From: an uncultured Alphaproteobacteria bacterium
Lineage (GTDB): Bacteria > Pseudomonadota > Alphaproteobacteria > RF32 > CAG-239
Direction of reading: 5' to 3'
DNA: 62,280 nucleotides
NCBI GenBank assembly: GCA_944390905.1
Contig: CALXRR010000001.1
Location: 1 to 62,280 of the forward strand
Shown here: one piece after another, positions 33,256 through 42,472 of the stretch
Position numbering within the stretch: position 1 is the stretch's first letter
Layout of the letters: each line of letters begins with the position of its first letter
Translations under genes and position numbers: made by a program
Notes under the pieces: generated by a model
What the model was told of the DNA's origin: nothing
The model's input: only the letters and a program-made list of their open reading frames with translations
Databases searched by the model: none

Positions 33256-34020
33256 TTAGACCTCCACTTTTATCGGCCCTTGCGAGCTGCCGTTGATGAA
33301 TTGTTTGACGTATGGATTATCAGTCTTTTCAAGCTCTTTAACCGTACCCTGCCAGATGATTTTGCCCTTGTAAAGCATGGCTATTCTATCAGCGATTTTG
33401 CGGGCGGAAGCCATGTCGTGCGTAATTGTCAAAGCTGTGGCTCCCAAGCCGCGAGCAGATTCAATAATCAAATCATTAATCACATCTGCCATTATCGGGT
33501 CAAGTCCGGTGGTCGGCTCATCAAAAAAGATTATCTCAGGTTTGGTGGCTATGGCGCGGGCTAAGCTGACGCGCTTTTGCATACCGCCGGAAATCTCGCT
33601 CGGGTATAAATCTGCCACATCGGGAGCCAGTCCAACTTGGCGCAAAACTCGAACTGCCTCGGTTTTGGCTTGTTTGCGCGGCATTTTTTGGTTTTCTAAC
33701 AGACCAAAAGCAACATTTTCCCACACGGTTAAACTGTCAAACAAGGCTCCGCCCTGAAACAGCATGCCCATCTTGGAATGCAGAGCATCTTGAGTGCGGC
33801 GGTCGGCTCCGACGGTTTCTTCCCCGTCAATTTCGATAGAGCCGCTGTCCGGCGTCAATAGACCTTGAATGCATTTTATCAAGACTGATTTGCCGGTGCC
33901 GGAACCACCGATTACAACCAATGATTCGCCCTTGTTGAGCTCTAAATCTATACCATCAAGAACTACCTTTTTGCCAAAGGCTTTGTGAAGATTGCTGATT
34001 TTTATTTTTACTTCTGACAT
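33256..34020 (-). CDS. mlaF: ABC transporter ATP-binding protein MlaF-type
   Basis: GGSGTGKSV, SGGMQKR, IIFFDEPTTGLD. Adjacent to the MlaE-type permease. Confidence 0.85.
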   Translation of the reverse strand: MSEVKIKISNLHKAFGKKVVLDGIDLELNKGESLVVIGGSGTGKSVLIKCIQGLLTPDSGSIEIDGEETVGADRRTQDALHSKMGMLFQGGALFDSLTVWENVAFGLLENQKMPRKQAKTEAVRVLRQVGLAPDVADLYPSEISGGMQKRVSLARAIATKPEIIFFDEPTTGLDPIMADVINDLIIESARGLGATALTITHDMASARKIADRIAMLYKGKIIWQGTVKELEKTDNPYVKQFINGSSQGPIKVEV

Positions 34021-34038
34021 TTGTTATCTCCGCGCCGG

Positions 34039-34827
34039 CTATTTTGCAAAAAACAGTTCGGTAAGAATGTAGTTGAATACCAAAATCAAGATTGAGGCAG
34101 AGACAACCGCATTGGTCGTGGCCTCACCTACGCCTTGAGCTCCGCCCTTAGATTTATAGCCGTTATAGCAGCCCATCAAAGTAATGATAAAACCAAATAC
34201 CGAGGCTTTAACAAGGCCGGAGATGATGTCAATGGCTTCCATATTCTGCAGAGTGGAATTGATGTAGTTGGCCGGATTAAAGCCCAGCTTATAAACGCAG
34301 ATTACATAACCGCCGAAAATACCTATGATATCACCGATAAACACTAACAGCGGCAGAACGATAATACCGGCAATAATGCGCGGAGCTACCAAATATTTGA
34401 ACGGGTTGGTGGAAAGCGTAACCAAAGCATCAATTTGCTCGGTAACACGCATAGTACCGATTTCAGCGGCCATGGCAGCACCAATACGGCCGGCAACCAT
34501 TAAGCCTGATAACACCGGTGCCAGCTCTCGGGTAACCGAAATCAGAACAACCGAAGCAACTGAGCTCTCAGCTCCGAAACGGGCAAAGCCGGTATAACTT
34601 TGCAAGGCGATAACCATACCGGCAAAAATGGTGGTTAAACCTACAACCGGCAGAGAATAAAAGCCGATGTCCAAAAATTGGCGGCCTAAAAGTTTTAGGT
34701 AAAAAGGTGGAGTGATGCAATTGTAAAGCGAGCGGGCGATAAACAAGGTTAAATCACCGAAACGGGCTATAAACTTAACCAGCGGCTTGCCCAATGCCCG
34801 CAAAAAGTTTTGAATATAAGTCAACAT
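34039..34827 (-). CDS. mlaE: ABC transporter permease MlaE-type
   Basis: About 260-aa polytopic protein with the ELAPVL and MRVTEQIDAL motifs of the MlaE family. Confidence 0.85.
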   Translation of the reverse strand: MLTYIQNFLRALGKPLVKFIARFGDLTLFIARSLYNCITPPFYLKLLGRQFLDIGFYSLPVVGLTTIFAGMVIALQSYTGFARFGAESSVASVVLISVTRELAPVLSGLMVAGRIGAAMAAEIGTMRVTEQIDALVTLSTNPFKYLVAPRIIAGIIVLPLLVFIGDIIGIFGGYVICVYKLGFNPANYINSTLQNMEAIDIISGLVKASVFGFIITLMGCYNGYKSKGGAQGVGEATTNAVVSASILILVFNYILTELFFAK

Positions 34828-34889
34828 GGCCTTGTTATTCCTTATCTTTGGTACAAAAATCTGATTGCAGTGTAGGCCAAATGCTTTAA

Positions 34890-35312
34890 TTAATCAAGCA
34901 AACTCTCTGTTTTTATAACAATCTTATCAATGGCGGAGGTCTCAAAAGGATAAAGTTTGAGCAAAGGTATGGGGCAACCGCCCAAATCATAAAATTTATT
35001 TTCGGGCAAGCGCTCAACCTCGCTTGGAGTTTTTACCAACTCAACGACCAGAGAAACTTTAACTCTTTTTGCATGCGGAAAATTGCAGATGCCAACCCCC
35101 CTCACCTCTAGTTTGCCAGCGATACTCTTGGGGCAAGAGGCAAATGCTCTCTGGTTGCTTATTTCAATATCTGTACGGTCATCGGCAACCAAAACAGCCC
35201 CGCAATGACGAATCAGCCGCAGAGCTAAGTCTGACTTGCCGGCCCCAGGTGCACCCATCAGCAAAACGCCGCGGCCGTTTAAACTGATGCAAGTGGTGTG
35301 AATATTCATCAT
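34890..35312 (-). CDS. hprK: Short HPr kinase/phosphorylase (C-terminal catalytic domain only, alphaproteobacterial type)
   Basis: GVLLMGAPGAGKSDLALRLI P-loop and LEVRGVGI motif. 140 aa. Confidence 0.85.
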   Translation of the reverse strand: MMNIHTTCISLNGRGVLLMGAPGAGKSDLALRLIRHCGAVLVADDRTDIEISNQRAFASCPKSIAGKLEVRGVGICNFPHAKRVKVSLVVELVKTPSEVERLPENKFYDLGGCPIPLLKLYPFETSAIDKIVIKTESLLD

Positions 35313-35770
35313 TGGCAGAATTCCTTAGACAAGCGCTCGGCTAAGCTAGGAGAAGAAGTTTGGATATTAATATTCCGCCCTGCTCCTTGCGGCGTGATGG
35401 TAATACGCGCGCAACTTTTGGGCAGGTAACCACCCATTTTATCAGGCCACTCTATCAGGCTGACGCCCTCGTAAAGAGCTTCTTCCATGCCGAGTTCAAA
35501 AATCTCTTCAGCGGATTTGAGGCGGTATAAATCAAAGTGATAAATGCAGAAATCAGGCGCATCATAAAGCTGGACCAGCGTAAAAGTCGGGCTGGGGACA
35601 TCAACATCTCCACACGCTGATTGGATAAAGGCTCGAGCCAAAACGCTTTTGCCCATACCCAAAGTACCAAACAAGGCAAAGCAATCACCTTGTTGGGCTA
35701 TATGTGATAATTTTGCCCCTAGAGCAGTGGTTTCAGCCTCTGAAGTGGTATAAATATCAATATTAAACAT
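35309..35770 (-). CDS. tsaE: tRNA t6A37 biosynthesis ATPase TsaE
   Basis: GTLGMGKSVLAR, SPTFTL and HFDLYR motifs. Confidence 0.9.
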   Translation of the reverse strand: MFNIDIYTTSEAETTALGAKLSHIAQQGDCFALFGTLGMGKSVLARAFIQSACGDVDVPSPTFTLVQLYDAPDFCIYHFDLYRLKSAEEIFELGMEEALYEGVSLIEWPDKMGGYLPKSCARITITPQGAGRNINIQTSSPSLAERLSKEFCQ

Positions 35771-36686
35771 CTAACAATCTCTTCTTTTTGCGGGTGGGGG
35801 CTTTGATAATTTTTATATCCGGCTGCTGCGCCTGTTGGGCTCGCCAATCCCACGGCATATAAAATTTGCCTTCCCATAGGCCTCGATGCTGCAGTTGGGC
35901 TTCTTGTTCATAAGGAACATATATGTCCGTATATTTAAGATATGCTACTGCCCAGCCGGCATTAACCAATGCCGCGCCTAAGTCATAGTCTCCTAATGTA
36001 CAAGTGCCGACCATATTGCCATGATCGTCTTGCTGCATAATTCGGCACTCAAGAGTATAACCATTTATCCAGCTCCGTAGCCAGTTGCCGGCAGCTAAGC
36101 CGCATTTATATGACCGTCCTTGCGAGTTGGCGCACATTTGGTTGCTCTCGGGGGCATCAATACCATACAAACGTAAGTATTTGCCGTTGAATTTTAAGGT
36201 ATCGCCATTGATGACTTGAGCTTCACCATAAATAACAGGAAACTCTTCAGGATTAACCTGTACTGAGGCTCCGGAAACATTAAAATAATTCATAAACTGG
36301 GAAACAGCACCCTCTTCTTCCGGAATAATGTTATCTCCGAAGTTTTCTGTCGGGCTGAACGGATTTTGCGGATTGGAACGATTGGTCGGTGTGGCTTGTC
36401 CCATAAAATTGCGCAAATTGTTGCCGACATTGCTTATTCCGCCGCGAAAACCACCTATAGCATAAATGATAAAAGCTATGATGCCGAAGATAAGCATGAT
36501 TGAGGGTATACACCCCATGGCTCTCCAAGCAACCCTCGTGAACATATATAAAATTATCAAACCGGCGATGAGCCCGACAAAACCTCCGCCTTGAAGCAAA
36601 AGGCTGTTGCTTTGGGTGCCGGCGCCGCCCCAAAGAATGAGCACAAAGGCAGCAATACCCAGCAGAACTTTTTTCAAAAACATCAT
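35763..36686 (-). CDS. Membrane-anchored staphylococcal-nuclease (thermonuclease)-like protein
   Basis: N-terminal TM segments. SNase core GDT...LRLYGIDAPE ... RGLW. Confidence 0.75.
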   Translation of the reverse strand: MMFLKKVLLGIAAFVLILWGGAGTQSNSLLLQGGGFVGLIAGLIILYMFTRVAWRAMGCIPSIMLIFGIIAFIIYAIGGFRGGISNVGNNLRNFMGQATPTNRSNPQNPFSPTENFGDNIIPEEEGAVSQFMNYFNVSGASVQVNPEEFPVIYGEAQVINGDTLKFNGKYLRLYGIDAPESNQMCANSQGRSYKCGLAAGNWLRSWINGYTLECRIMQQDDHGNMVGTCTLGDYDLGAALVNAGWAVAYLKYTDIYVPYEQEAQLQHRGLWEGKFYMPWDWRAQQAQQPDIKIIKAPTRKKKRLLDV

Positions 36687-36749
36687 GAGCGGTATTCCTC
36701 AATAATTAAATTTATGCACACAGGTTAGCGCCATTGGGTAAATATATGG

Positions 36750-37346
36750 TTACTCCAGATATTTTTTATAACCTTCAACGGTAATCCACTCAATAGGAGA
36801 GCCGTGTTGATAATAACTGCCTGATTGTTCCAGTCTTTGATATTCTGATTTATCCCTCCAGCCTATAATCTTGGCCGGATTGCCGCCGACAATGGCGCAC
36901 TCAGGTACAGACTTGGTAACAACAGAACCGGCCGCAACTATGGCTCCATCATCAATACGTACCCCGCTTAAAATAATACAATCAGTTCCTAACCAAACAT
37001 TTTTGCCAATGCTTACCGCTTGTTTTATGCCGATATTATCAAAAGGAAGTCCTTGGGCTCCGTGGTAATGGTGGTTGGTGGTAAGAATAGTATTGTTGCG
37101 GCTGACGGCGGTGTTGTCGCCTATACTTACGCCACCTTCGGCAAAAATCTCTACACCTTTACCGATATAAACATTTTTGCCTAAATGCATTTGCTCCGGA
37201 CTATGCAACATGGCTCCGCGGCAGACTTTTTGCTCAGGGTATTGCGGAAGGTACAAAAACTCATGTTGGTATTTTTGACGGAGCTTTTTGCGGACAGATT
37301 TGAACGGTATTAAATTGATTAAAAATTTTTTGAGTTTAATGGGCAT
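36750..37346 (-). CDS. Hexapeptide-repeat (LbH) sugar O-acetyltransferase
   Basis: Repeating [LIV]G hexapeptides and ..GGNPAK.. near the C-terminus. The N-terminal tail is FLINLIPFKSVRKKLRQKY. Confidence 0.8.
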   Translation of the reverse strand: MPIKLKKFLINLIPFKSVRKKLRQKYQHEFLYLPQYPEQKVCRGAMLHSPEQMHLGKNVYIGKGVEIFAEGGVSIGDNTAVSRNNTILTTNHHYHGAQGLPFDNIGIKQAVSIGKNVWLGTDCIILSGVRIDDGAIVAAGSVVTKSVPECAIVGGNPAKIIGWRDKSEYQRLEQSGSYYQHGSPIEWITVEGYKKYLE

Positions 37347-37358
37347 TGGAAGTTCCTT

Positions 37359-38312
37359 CTACTTTATCCAAGTTCTGACTCTTTTGCGCAAAGAGCGGGG
37401 GTAAGTAAACCACAGCAAGACCTTGACAAAGGGACGCAAAATGCCTTTGAAAACCCTTATCAAACGGCGGCGCAAAAACTCTCCGCCAAAGCCGGATTTG
37501 TTGATAAAGTAAACATACTGCGGGTCAGGAAAGATACGGTTCCAGACTTTGACAACGCGGCCGGCATAGTGGATAATTGATGGTTTTTTGACGGCAGAAA
37601 AAAGCTCGTGGTCATTGTAAACCAATGACAGCCACTTATACTCGGGTGACTTTTTGCCATCGTAATAAAGACCTTCAAGCACGCAATATTCAAACGGAAC
37701 AGCTCCGATTTTATCACAGCCTAAGTTTAAGACATCAAGGTCATACATTTTGATACGGGGGCCGAAGTCTTTTAAAACCTGCAAGAACTTGGCGGTCATA
37801 TTATCATCTCGCATTTTGCGCAGATTGACCAGCATAAACCCCGGCATATAAATATATTCATTTTTATTTTCAGGAAAATGCTCGTGAATCTGCTTGGGAG
37901 CAGAGCTGCGCTCAGCTATAATACCGCTCCAATAGACACCTTCAATATCCGTGCTATAAATTTCAGCCATATCACGCTTAAACAAGACGTCAACATCTGA
38001 CCAAATAACCTTATCATAGTCGGGTATAAAATCTTGAATAATCAGGCGGTAATAGGTGGCAATGCCGCTCCATCCGGTTGGAGCATCCTTAAAATAATCA
38101 TCCGGAATATGCACCCAATGCAGAGCGAATCCGTCGTAGGTGTTTTTTAAGGCCTCAATTTTGGCTTTGGCTGCATCGCTAAGGCCGGAGTTAAAGATAA
38201 AAATATCATAAAAAGTATGGGCATCGCGGCTCTCTAAAAGCGAGCTAATTGCCACACCGGCCGGTAAGGCATAGTTGTCATCAAAAGCAAAGACTATCGG
38301 TATTTTTTTCAT
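37359..38312 (-). CDS. Glycosyltransferase family 8 (LPS/glycan alpha-hexosyltransferase type)
   Basis: IPIVFAFDDNYALPAGVAISSLL N-terminus and a DxD (WSDVDVLF). About 317 aa. Confidence 0.8.
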   Translation of the reverse strand: MKKIPIVFAFDDNYALPAGVAISSLLESRDAHTFYDIFIFNSGLSDAAKAKIEALKNTYDGFALHWVHIPDDYFKDAPTGWSGIATYYRLIIQDFIPDYDKVIWSDVDVLFKRDMAEIYSTDIEGVYWSGIIAERSSAPKQIHEHFPENKNEYIYMPGFMLVNLRKMRDDNMTAKFLQVLKDFGPRIKMYDLDVLNLGCDKIGAVPFEYCVLEGLYYDGKKSPEYKWLSLVYNDHELFSAVKKPSIIHYAGRVVKVWNRIFPDPQYVYFINKSGFGGEFLRRRLIRVFKGILRPFVKVLLWFTYPRSLRKRVRTWIK

Positions 38313-39508
38313 TAATTATCTTTCATTACATCAGCTATGGTTTGGGCTAAGTTTTGTTGTGACTTGGCGGCAACTTGGGCTGCGTGTTGGCGCAAGTGGG
38401 ATAACTTGGATTGGTAAGTGTCTTTATCCATAGCGATAGCCTCTTTCATGGCTTGGTAGAGCGCATCGCCTTGGTAAGTTACGCTGTCTTGGTCACTAAA
38501 GCCATAGATATCAGCAAAAGTTGATTCTATCAGCATTGGCTTGTTTAACCCTAAAGAAAGCTGCTTGGAACCGGTAGTGGTGCCGTCTTTATAAGCGTCT
38601 TGGGCTTTGCTTTCAGGGTCAAGCAGTGCCAAAAGAAAGTCGCTTTCCATACAATTTTTATACATATCAGGAAAGTTTAAGCGCCCTAATTTGCTAATAT
38701 GCGATTGCAATTCCGGCGGGATATCCATACCGCCGGAGCCAATAACCACAACCTCAAAATTGTGCTCGCCTTCGTCAATCAGCTTTTTTATAGAATCCAA
38801 AAGCTGGGTGCAGTTGCGGGTGTTGGGCGAGAGACGACCTATCATCACAAAGCGGGTTTTGGGATTTTTGATATGTTCTTTGACTTCACCAAAATAAATC
38901 GGGCAGAGGAGCTTGGCTTTGTTTTCAGCTAAAGGAAACTCATTCAATACAAAAAGGCGCTTGCCGATATAGCGCTTTTTTTCATTATAAGCCAGAAGGT
39001 TGCGGCAGTTGTGATAGATGCAGAGGCTGCCATACTTGGACTTGGGATCAAAACCCAGATAATCATAGTAACGCTCTTTGGTCTCTTGATAGTCAAAAGA
39101 GGAGATGAACACAAAGTCGTATTCCTGTACCTTGGGGCTTTTTAAGACTGATTTAATACGCCATTTTTGCAGAGGGTAAATGTTGGGCAATTCTGATTTT
39201 TTGAACAAGGCAAACGGGTTTTCTTCATAGTTGCCAATACGCATAATCACATCAACGTTGTAGCCCAAGTCCTGCCAATATTTGACAAAGCCGGGGACGA
39301 CCTCGCCGTGATAGTTGTTGGGCTCAATGACCAAAACGCTCTTAGCGGCGACTTTGTGAGTCAAAAATTCTTGGTAAAAATGATTATATTTCAAATAGTT
39401 AGCACGTATTTTAGACCAATCTAGCTCTTTGAGCGAGGCAATAGCTTTTTTGCGGGGACGGCGAAAAGGAATCCAGCAACAGAGCAATTGGGCAAGATGT
39501 TTTTTCAT
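38312..39508 (-). CDS. Putative glycosyltransferase (unclassified; GT-B-like C-terminal half)
   Basis: In an operon with the GT8 and acetyltransferase genes (1-nt overlap). N-terminal tail LLCCWIPFRRPRKK. RFVMIGRLS...VVVIGSGG pattern. Family not recognised. Confidence 0.5.
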   Translation of the reverse strand: MKKHLAQLLCCWIPFRRPRKKAIASLKELDWSKIRANYLKYNHFYQEFLTHKVAAKSVLVIEPNNYHGEVVPGFVKYWQDLGYNVDVIMRIGNYEENPFALFKKSELPNIYPLQKWRIKSVLKSPKVQEYDFVFISSFDYQETKERYYDYLGFDPKSKYGSLCIYHNCRNLLAYNEKKRYIGKRLFVLNEFPLAENKAKLLCPIYFGEVKEHIKNPKTRFVMIGRLSPNTRNCTQLLDSIKKLIDEGEHNFEVVVIGSGGMDIPPELQSHISKLGRLNFPDMYKNCMESDFLLALLDPESKAQDAYKDGTTTGSKQLSLGLNKPMLIESTFADIYGFSDQDSVTYQGDALYQAMKEAIAMDKDTYQSKLSHLRQHAAQVAAKSQQNLAQTIADVMKDN

Positions 39509-39601
39509 GGCTCACCTCTTAGTAAAGTGGATAGATAATATCTATTTGTAACAGACAAAATGCTTAAGGTCAATAAACTAAAAAATCTATGCAAGACTCA
39601 T

Positions 39602-39628
39602 AAAAAAAAGAACGCCGAAGCGCTCTTT
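39602..39628 (-). terminator. Rho-independent terminator after the small Cys-rich gene
   Basis: Minus strand agagcgc-ttcg-gcgttct (one G-U pair) followed by T8. Confidence 0.75.
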
Positions 39629-39654
39629 AGTATGAATGAGGTATAAAAACAACC

Positions 39655-39885
39655 TTATTTTTTGCTGTAGCAATGGCAGTGGCAGATGCCGTCACGCTCG
39701 ATATCGCTGCGGCAGAGCTCGGAAATGCAATAACGGGCTGAATTGCTGCTGTCACAAGGGCAACGCTGCCATTCACCCTCGCCAAACATTTTGGTTTTGG
39801 CACGGGCTACTTTTTCAATATTTTCAGTCGGAGTATAACCGGCAGCTTTGCATTTTTGCATCATATTTTCTAAAATATCAGTCAT
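39655..39885 (-). CDS. Small Cys-rich protein resembling the ferredoxin-thioredoxin reductase catalytic (beta) chain
   Basis: CPC ... C ... C ... CHCHC spacing recalls the FTR catalytic-subunit pattern CPC..CPC..CHC. 76 aa. Confidence 0.4.
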   Translation of the reverse strand: MTDILENMMQKCKAAGYTPTENIEKVARAKTKMFGEGEWQRCPCDSSNSARYCISELCRSDIERDGICHCHCYSKK

Positions 39886-39896
39886 TTAAGTTTCCT

Positions 39897-40916
39897 TTAG
39901 TCTATTATCTTCATGGTGAATTTTTCAGAATCACCATTTGCGGTTTTTAAGGGTTCTACTTCTGCGGAAGAAGTAAATCCGGCGAATGAGTTATTTTTAC
40001 GTTTTTGTTCCAAAATGTCAATAATCATATCAAGTTCAGCAACAGAACCGTATTGCAAAACAACTTTGCCGCCACCCTGTTTGTTGGGTGAAATGCTGAT
40101 TCTGAGACCTAAAGATTTTTTTAAGTCTTTTTCAATATCAGCAATGTCGGAATCTTTTTCAAGCTTGGCTGGTTTGCTCTGAGTGCCGTTTTTGAGCTTG
40201 TTGACAAGGTCTTCAACCTGACGGACGTTTAAGTCTTTTTTGATAATCAGTTGAGCAAGTTCTTCAGCGTTTTCTAAACCTACAAGATTGCGGGCATGGC
40301 CGGCTGACAATTTGCCCTCTTTTACCAGATTTTGCACAGATTCCGGCAGGCTTAACAAACGCAAAGTATTGGCTATGTGGCTGCGTGATTTGCCGATGAT
40401 TTGTGATAAGGCTTCTTGAGTATGAGAAAACTCATCAATCAAGCGCTGCAAGCCTTCGGCCTCTTCAATGGCGGAAAGGTTCTCGCGCAAGAGGTTTTCA
40501 ACCAAAGCAACCTCTAGGACTTCCTTGTCATCCATATCTTTAATAATGACCGGAACCTCTGACAAGCCGGCAAGCTTGGAAGCACGCAAACGACGTTCTC
40601 CGGCTATCAGCTCATAACCTGAAGATACCTTACGTACCAACAAAGGCTGCAAGACGCCCTTCTCTTGAATAGAAGCAGAGAGAGCTTTTAAGGCTTCTTC
40701 ATCAAACTCGGTACGCGGCTGATAGGGGCTGGGTGCAATCTGGTTGATGTCTACTTTAAGTGTTGAAGCAGCTGGTGTTGTTGTGCTTTCTGCCTGTGGG
40801 GCAGGGGTATCATTTAAGGCGGCGTTCAAATCCAAATCATCATCACCGAGCAAAGCGCTAAGACCGCGCCCTAAGCTCTTATGTTTGCCGTGATTGTGAT
40901 TATCGTTTTCTGACAT
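39897..40916 (-). CDS. parB: Chromosome partitioning protein ParB
   Basis: GLSALLG, QPRTEFDEEAL..L..SI...G.LQPL.VR, GERR box, HTH region. Confidence 0.95.
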   Translation of the reverse strand: MSENDNHNHGKHKSLGRGLSALLGDDDLDLNAALNDTPAPQAESTTTPAASTLKVDINQIAPSPYQPRTEFDEEALKALSASIQEKGVLQPLLVRKVSSGYELIAGERRLRASKLAGLSEVPVIIKDMDDKEVLEVALVENLLRENLSAIEEAEGLQRLIDEFSHTQEALSQIIGKSRSHIANTLRLLSLPESVQNLVKEGKLSAGHARNLVGLENAEELAQLIIKKDLNVRQVEDLVNKLKNGTQSKPAKLEKDSDIADIEKDLKKSLGLRISISPNKQGGGKVVLQYGSVAELDMIIDILEQKRKNNSFAGFTSSAEVEPLKTANGDSEKFTMKIID

Positions 40917-40941
40917 TAGTTTTTCCTTATTACAAACGTGG

Positions 40942-41721
40942 TTAGCAAGCTAGTAATTCTTTTTCTCTTTTTAAGACCTCTCCGGTGAGGCTGATATAAG
41001 CCTGTGAACCGGGGCATTTGAAGTCATAAATCAATACCGGTTTGCCGTGAGAAGGAGCCTCAGAAATACGGACGTTGCGCGGGATTACGGTTTGATAAAC
41101 CTTTTTGCCGAAAAAGCTGCGCACATCGTCTTCAACCATTTGGCTTAAGTTGTTGCGCTTATCATACATGGTTAAAACCACTCCCTGCAAATCAAGCGTC
41201 GGGTTAAACTTCTTTTTGATGATATTAATATTGCGGATTAAGTCGGTGACACCTTCAAGCGCCAAAAATTCACACTGCAGCGGAACAATAACCGAGTTGG
41301 CCGCAACCAAGGCATTGATAGTAACAAGGCTTAAAGACGGCGGGCAATCAATCAAAATATAATCGTAATTAACCGCATAGTTAGTAATGGCCTTTTTGAG
41401 GGCGAATTCTCGCTCCGGCATATCAACCAATTCAACCTCAGCCCCGGCAAGGTCAGCTGATGCCGGAATAATCGAGAAATTAGGAATCTCGGTCCAGACA
41501 ATAGCCTCGGTCAATTTGCAAGCCCCAACCAAAACTTCATAAGAAGAATACATACGCCCTTTCTTTTCAATCCCCATTGAGGTAGTGGCATTGCCTTGAG
41601 GATCTAAATCAATAACCAAAACTTTTTTTCCGGTGGCAGCCATAGCCGTGGCAACATTGACCGTGGTCGTGGTTTTGCCGACTCCACCTTTACGATTAGC
41701 TATCGCAATTATTCTGGGCAT
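40942..41721 (-). CDS. parA: Chromosome partitioning ATPase ParA/Soj
   Basis: Deviant Walker A NRKGGVGKTTT, DLDPQGNAT. Confidence 0.95.
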   Translation of the reverse strand: MPRIIAIANRKGGVGKTTTTVNVATAMAATGKKVLVIDLDPQGNATTSMGIEKKGRMYSSYEVLVGACKLTEAIVWTEIPNFSIIPASADLAGAEVELVDMPEREFALKKAITNYAVNYDYILIDCPPSLSLVTINALVAANSVIVPLQCEFLALEGVTDLIRNINIIKKKFNPTLDLQGVVLTMYDKRNNLSQMVEDDVRSFFGKKVYQTVIPRNVRISEAPSHGKPVLIYDFKCPGSQAYISLTGEVLKREKELLAC

Positions 41722-42347
41722 TAGTTTCTCCTTTTTAATGATAAATCAGTTATAACTAAAACAACTCCTTCGGCGCTCGATTCACTCGGATAAACATCAT
41801 AACTAAAATTCCAGTGTTGTTGAGCGGCGGAAAGTTCTTCTTGATATTTTTTGCCTTTGGGGAAAATACACTTGGTTCCTTTATGGCAAAATTTGAAAGC
41901 GTATTTAAGCAAGTCATCTAACGAGCTCATGGCACGAGAGGTGATGACATCGGCTTTTTGAGCGGGCAGGTTTTCAATGCGGTCATTTAAGACTTCAACA
42001 TTATTAAGCCCGAGTTCAGAAGCAACGGCGTTTAAATACAGTGTTTTCTTTTTGATACTTTCAACTAATTTGATTTTTAAATACGGTGTTCTGGTTTGCA
42101 AAACAACCGCCAAAACCAACCCCGGGAAACCTGCTCCGGAGCCGAAATCATACATTAATTTTGCAGTATCGGGAATAAATTTAAGTAATTGCAATGAATC
42201 TAAAAAATGACGATTCCAAGCATCAGGCAATGATGCATTGCTTACTAAATTAAACTTATTTTGCCATTCGTTAAGAAGGCGCTCATAAGTCTTTAGCTTT
42301 GACAATGTTTCACGTGAAACAGAATATTTTTCAATTAAATTTTCCAT
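41721..42347 (-). CDS. rsmG: 16S rRNA (guanine527-N7)-methyltransferase RsmG (GidB)
   Basis: VSRETL, DFGSGAGFPGL SAM motif. Conserved gidA-gidB-parAB order. Confidence 0.93.
   Translation of the reverse strand: MENLIEKYSVSRETLSKLKTYERLLNEWQNKFNLVSNASLPDAWNRHFLDSLQLLKFIPDTAKLMYDFGSGAGFPGLVLAVVLQTRTPYLKIKLVESIKKKTLYLNAVASELGLNNVEVLNDRIENLPAQKADVITSRAMSSLDDLLKYAFKFCHKGTKCIFPKGKKYQEELSAAQQHWNFSYDVYPSESSAEGVVLVITDLSLKRRN
42031..42044 (+). repeat. 14-mer TTTAAATACAGTGT, copy 2 (inside rsmG; read as K-T-L-Y-L-N)
   Basis: Exact match. Confidence 0.9.
42306..42321. promoter_or_regulatory. parS centromere site (TGTTTCACGTGAAACA), inside the rsmG 5' end
   Basis: Perfect 16-bp palindrome identical to the canonical parS consensus. 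It encodes VSRET. Confidence 0.9.
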
Positions 42348-42472
42348 AGAAATATTTATATAAATTTTCTAGGGATTTTAAAACTATTTTTCACGAGTTA
42401 TGAACATCAAAATACATGCAAATAATATATTTTAAATTCAACAACTTAAACATTGTTTCTTGAATCTTTTGA

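Noticed and set aside
36331-36702. 123-codon ORF overlapping the nuclease gene 5' region in another frame; similar overlapping ORFs occur at 33040-33564, 32440-32769, 9992-10435 and 47589-48131.
   Set aside because: Each lies within, or antisense to, a gene with clear family motifs, and none shows motifs of its own.
42348-42472. AT-rich rsmG-upstream spacer as an alternative oriC.
   Set aside because: It has no good DnaA box (best is TTATGAACA, 2 mismatches) and no CtrA-type box. The rho-coaE spacer is a much better candidate.
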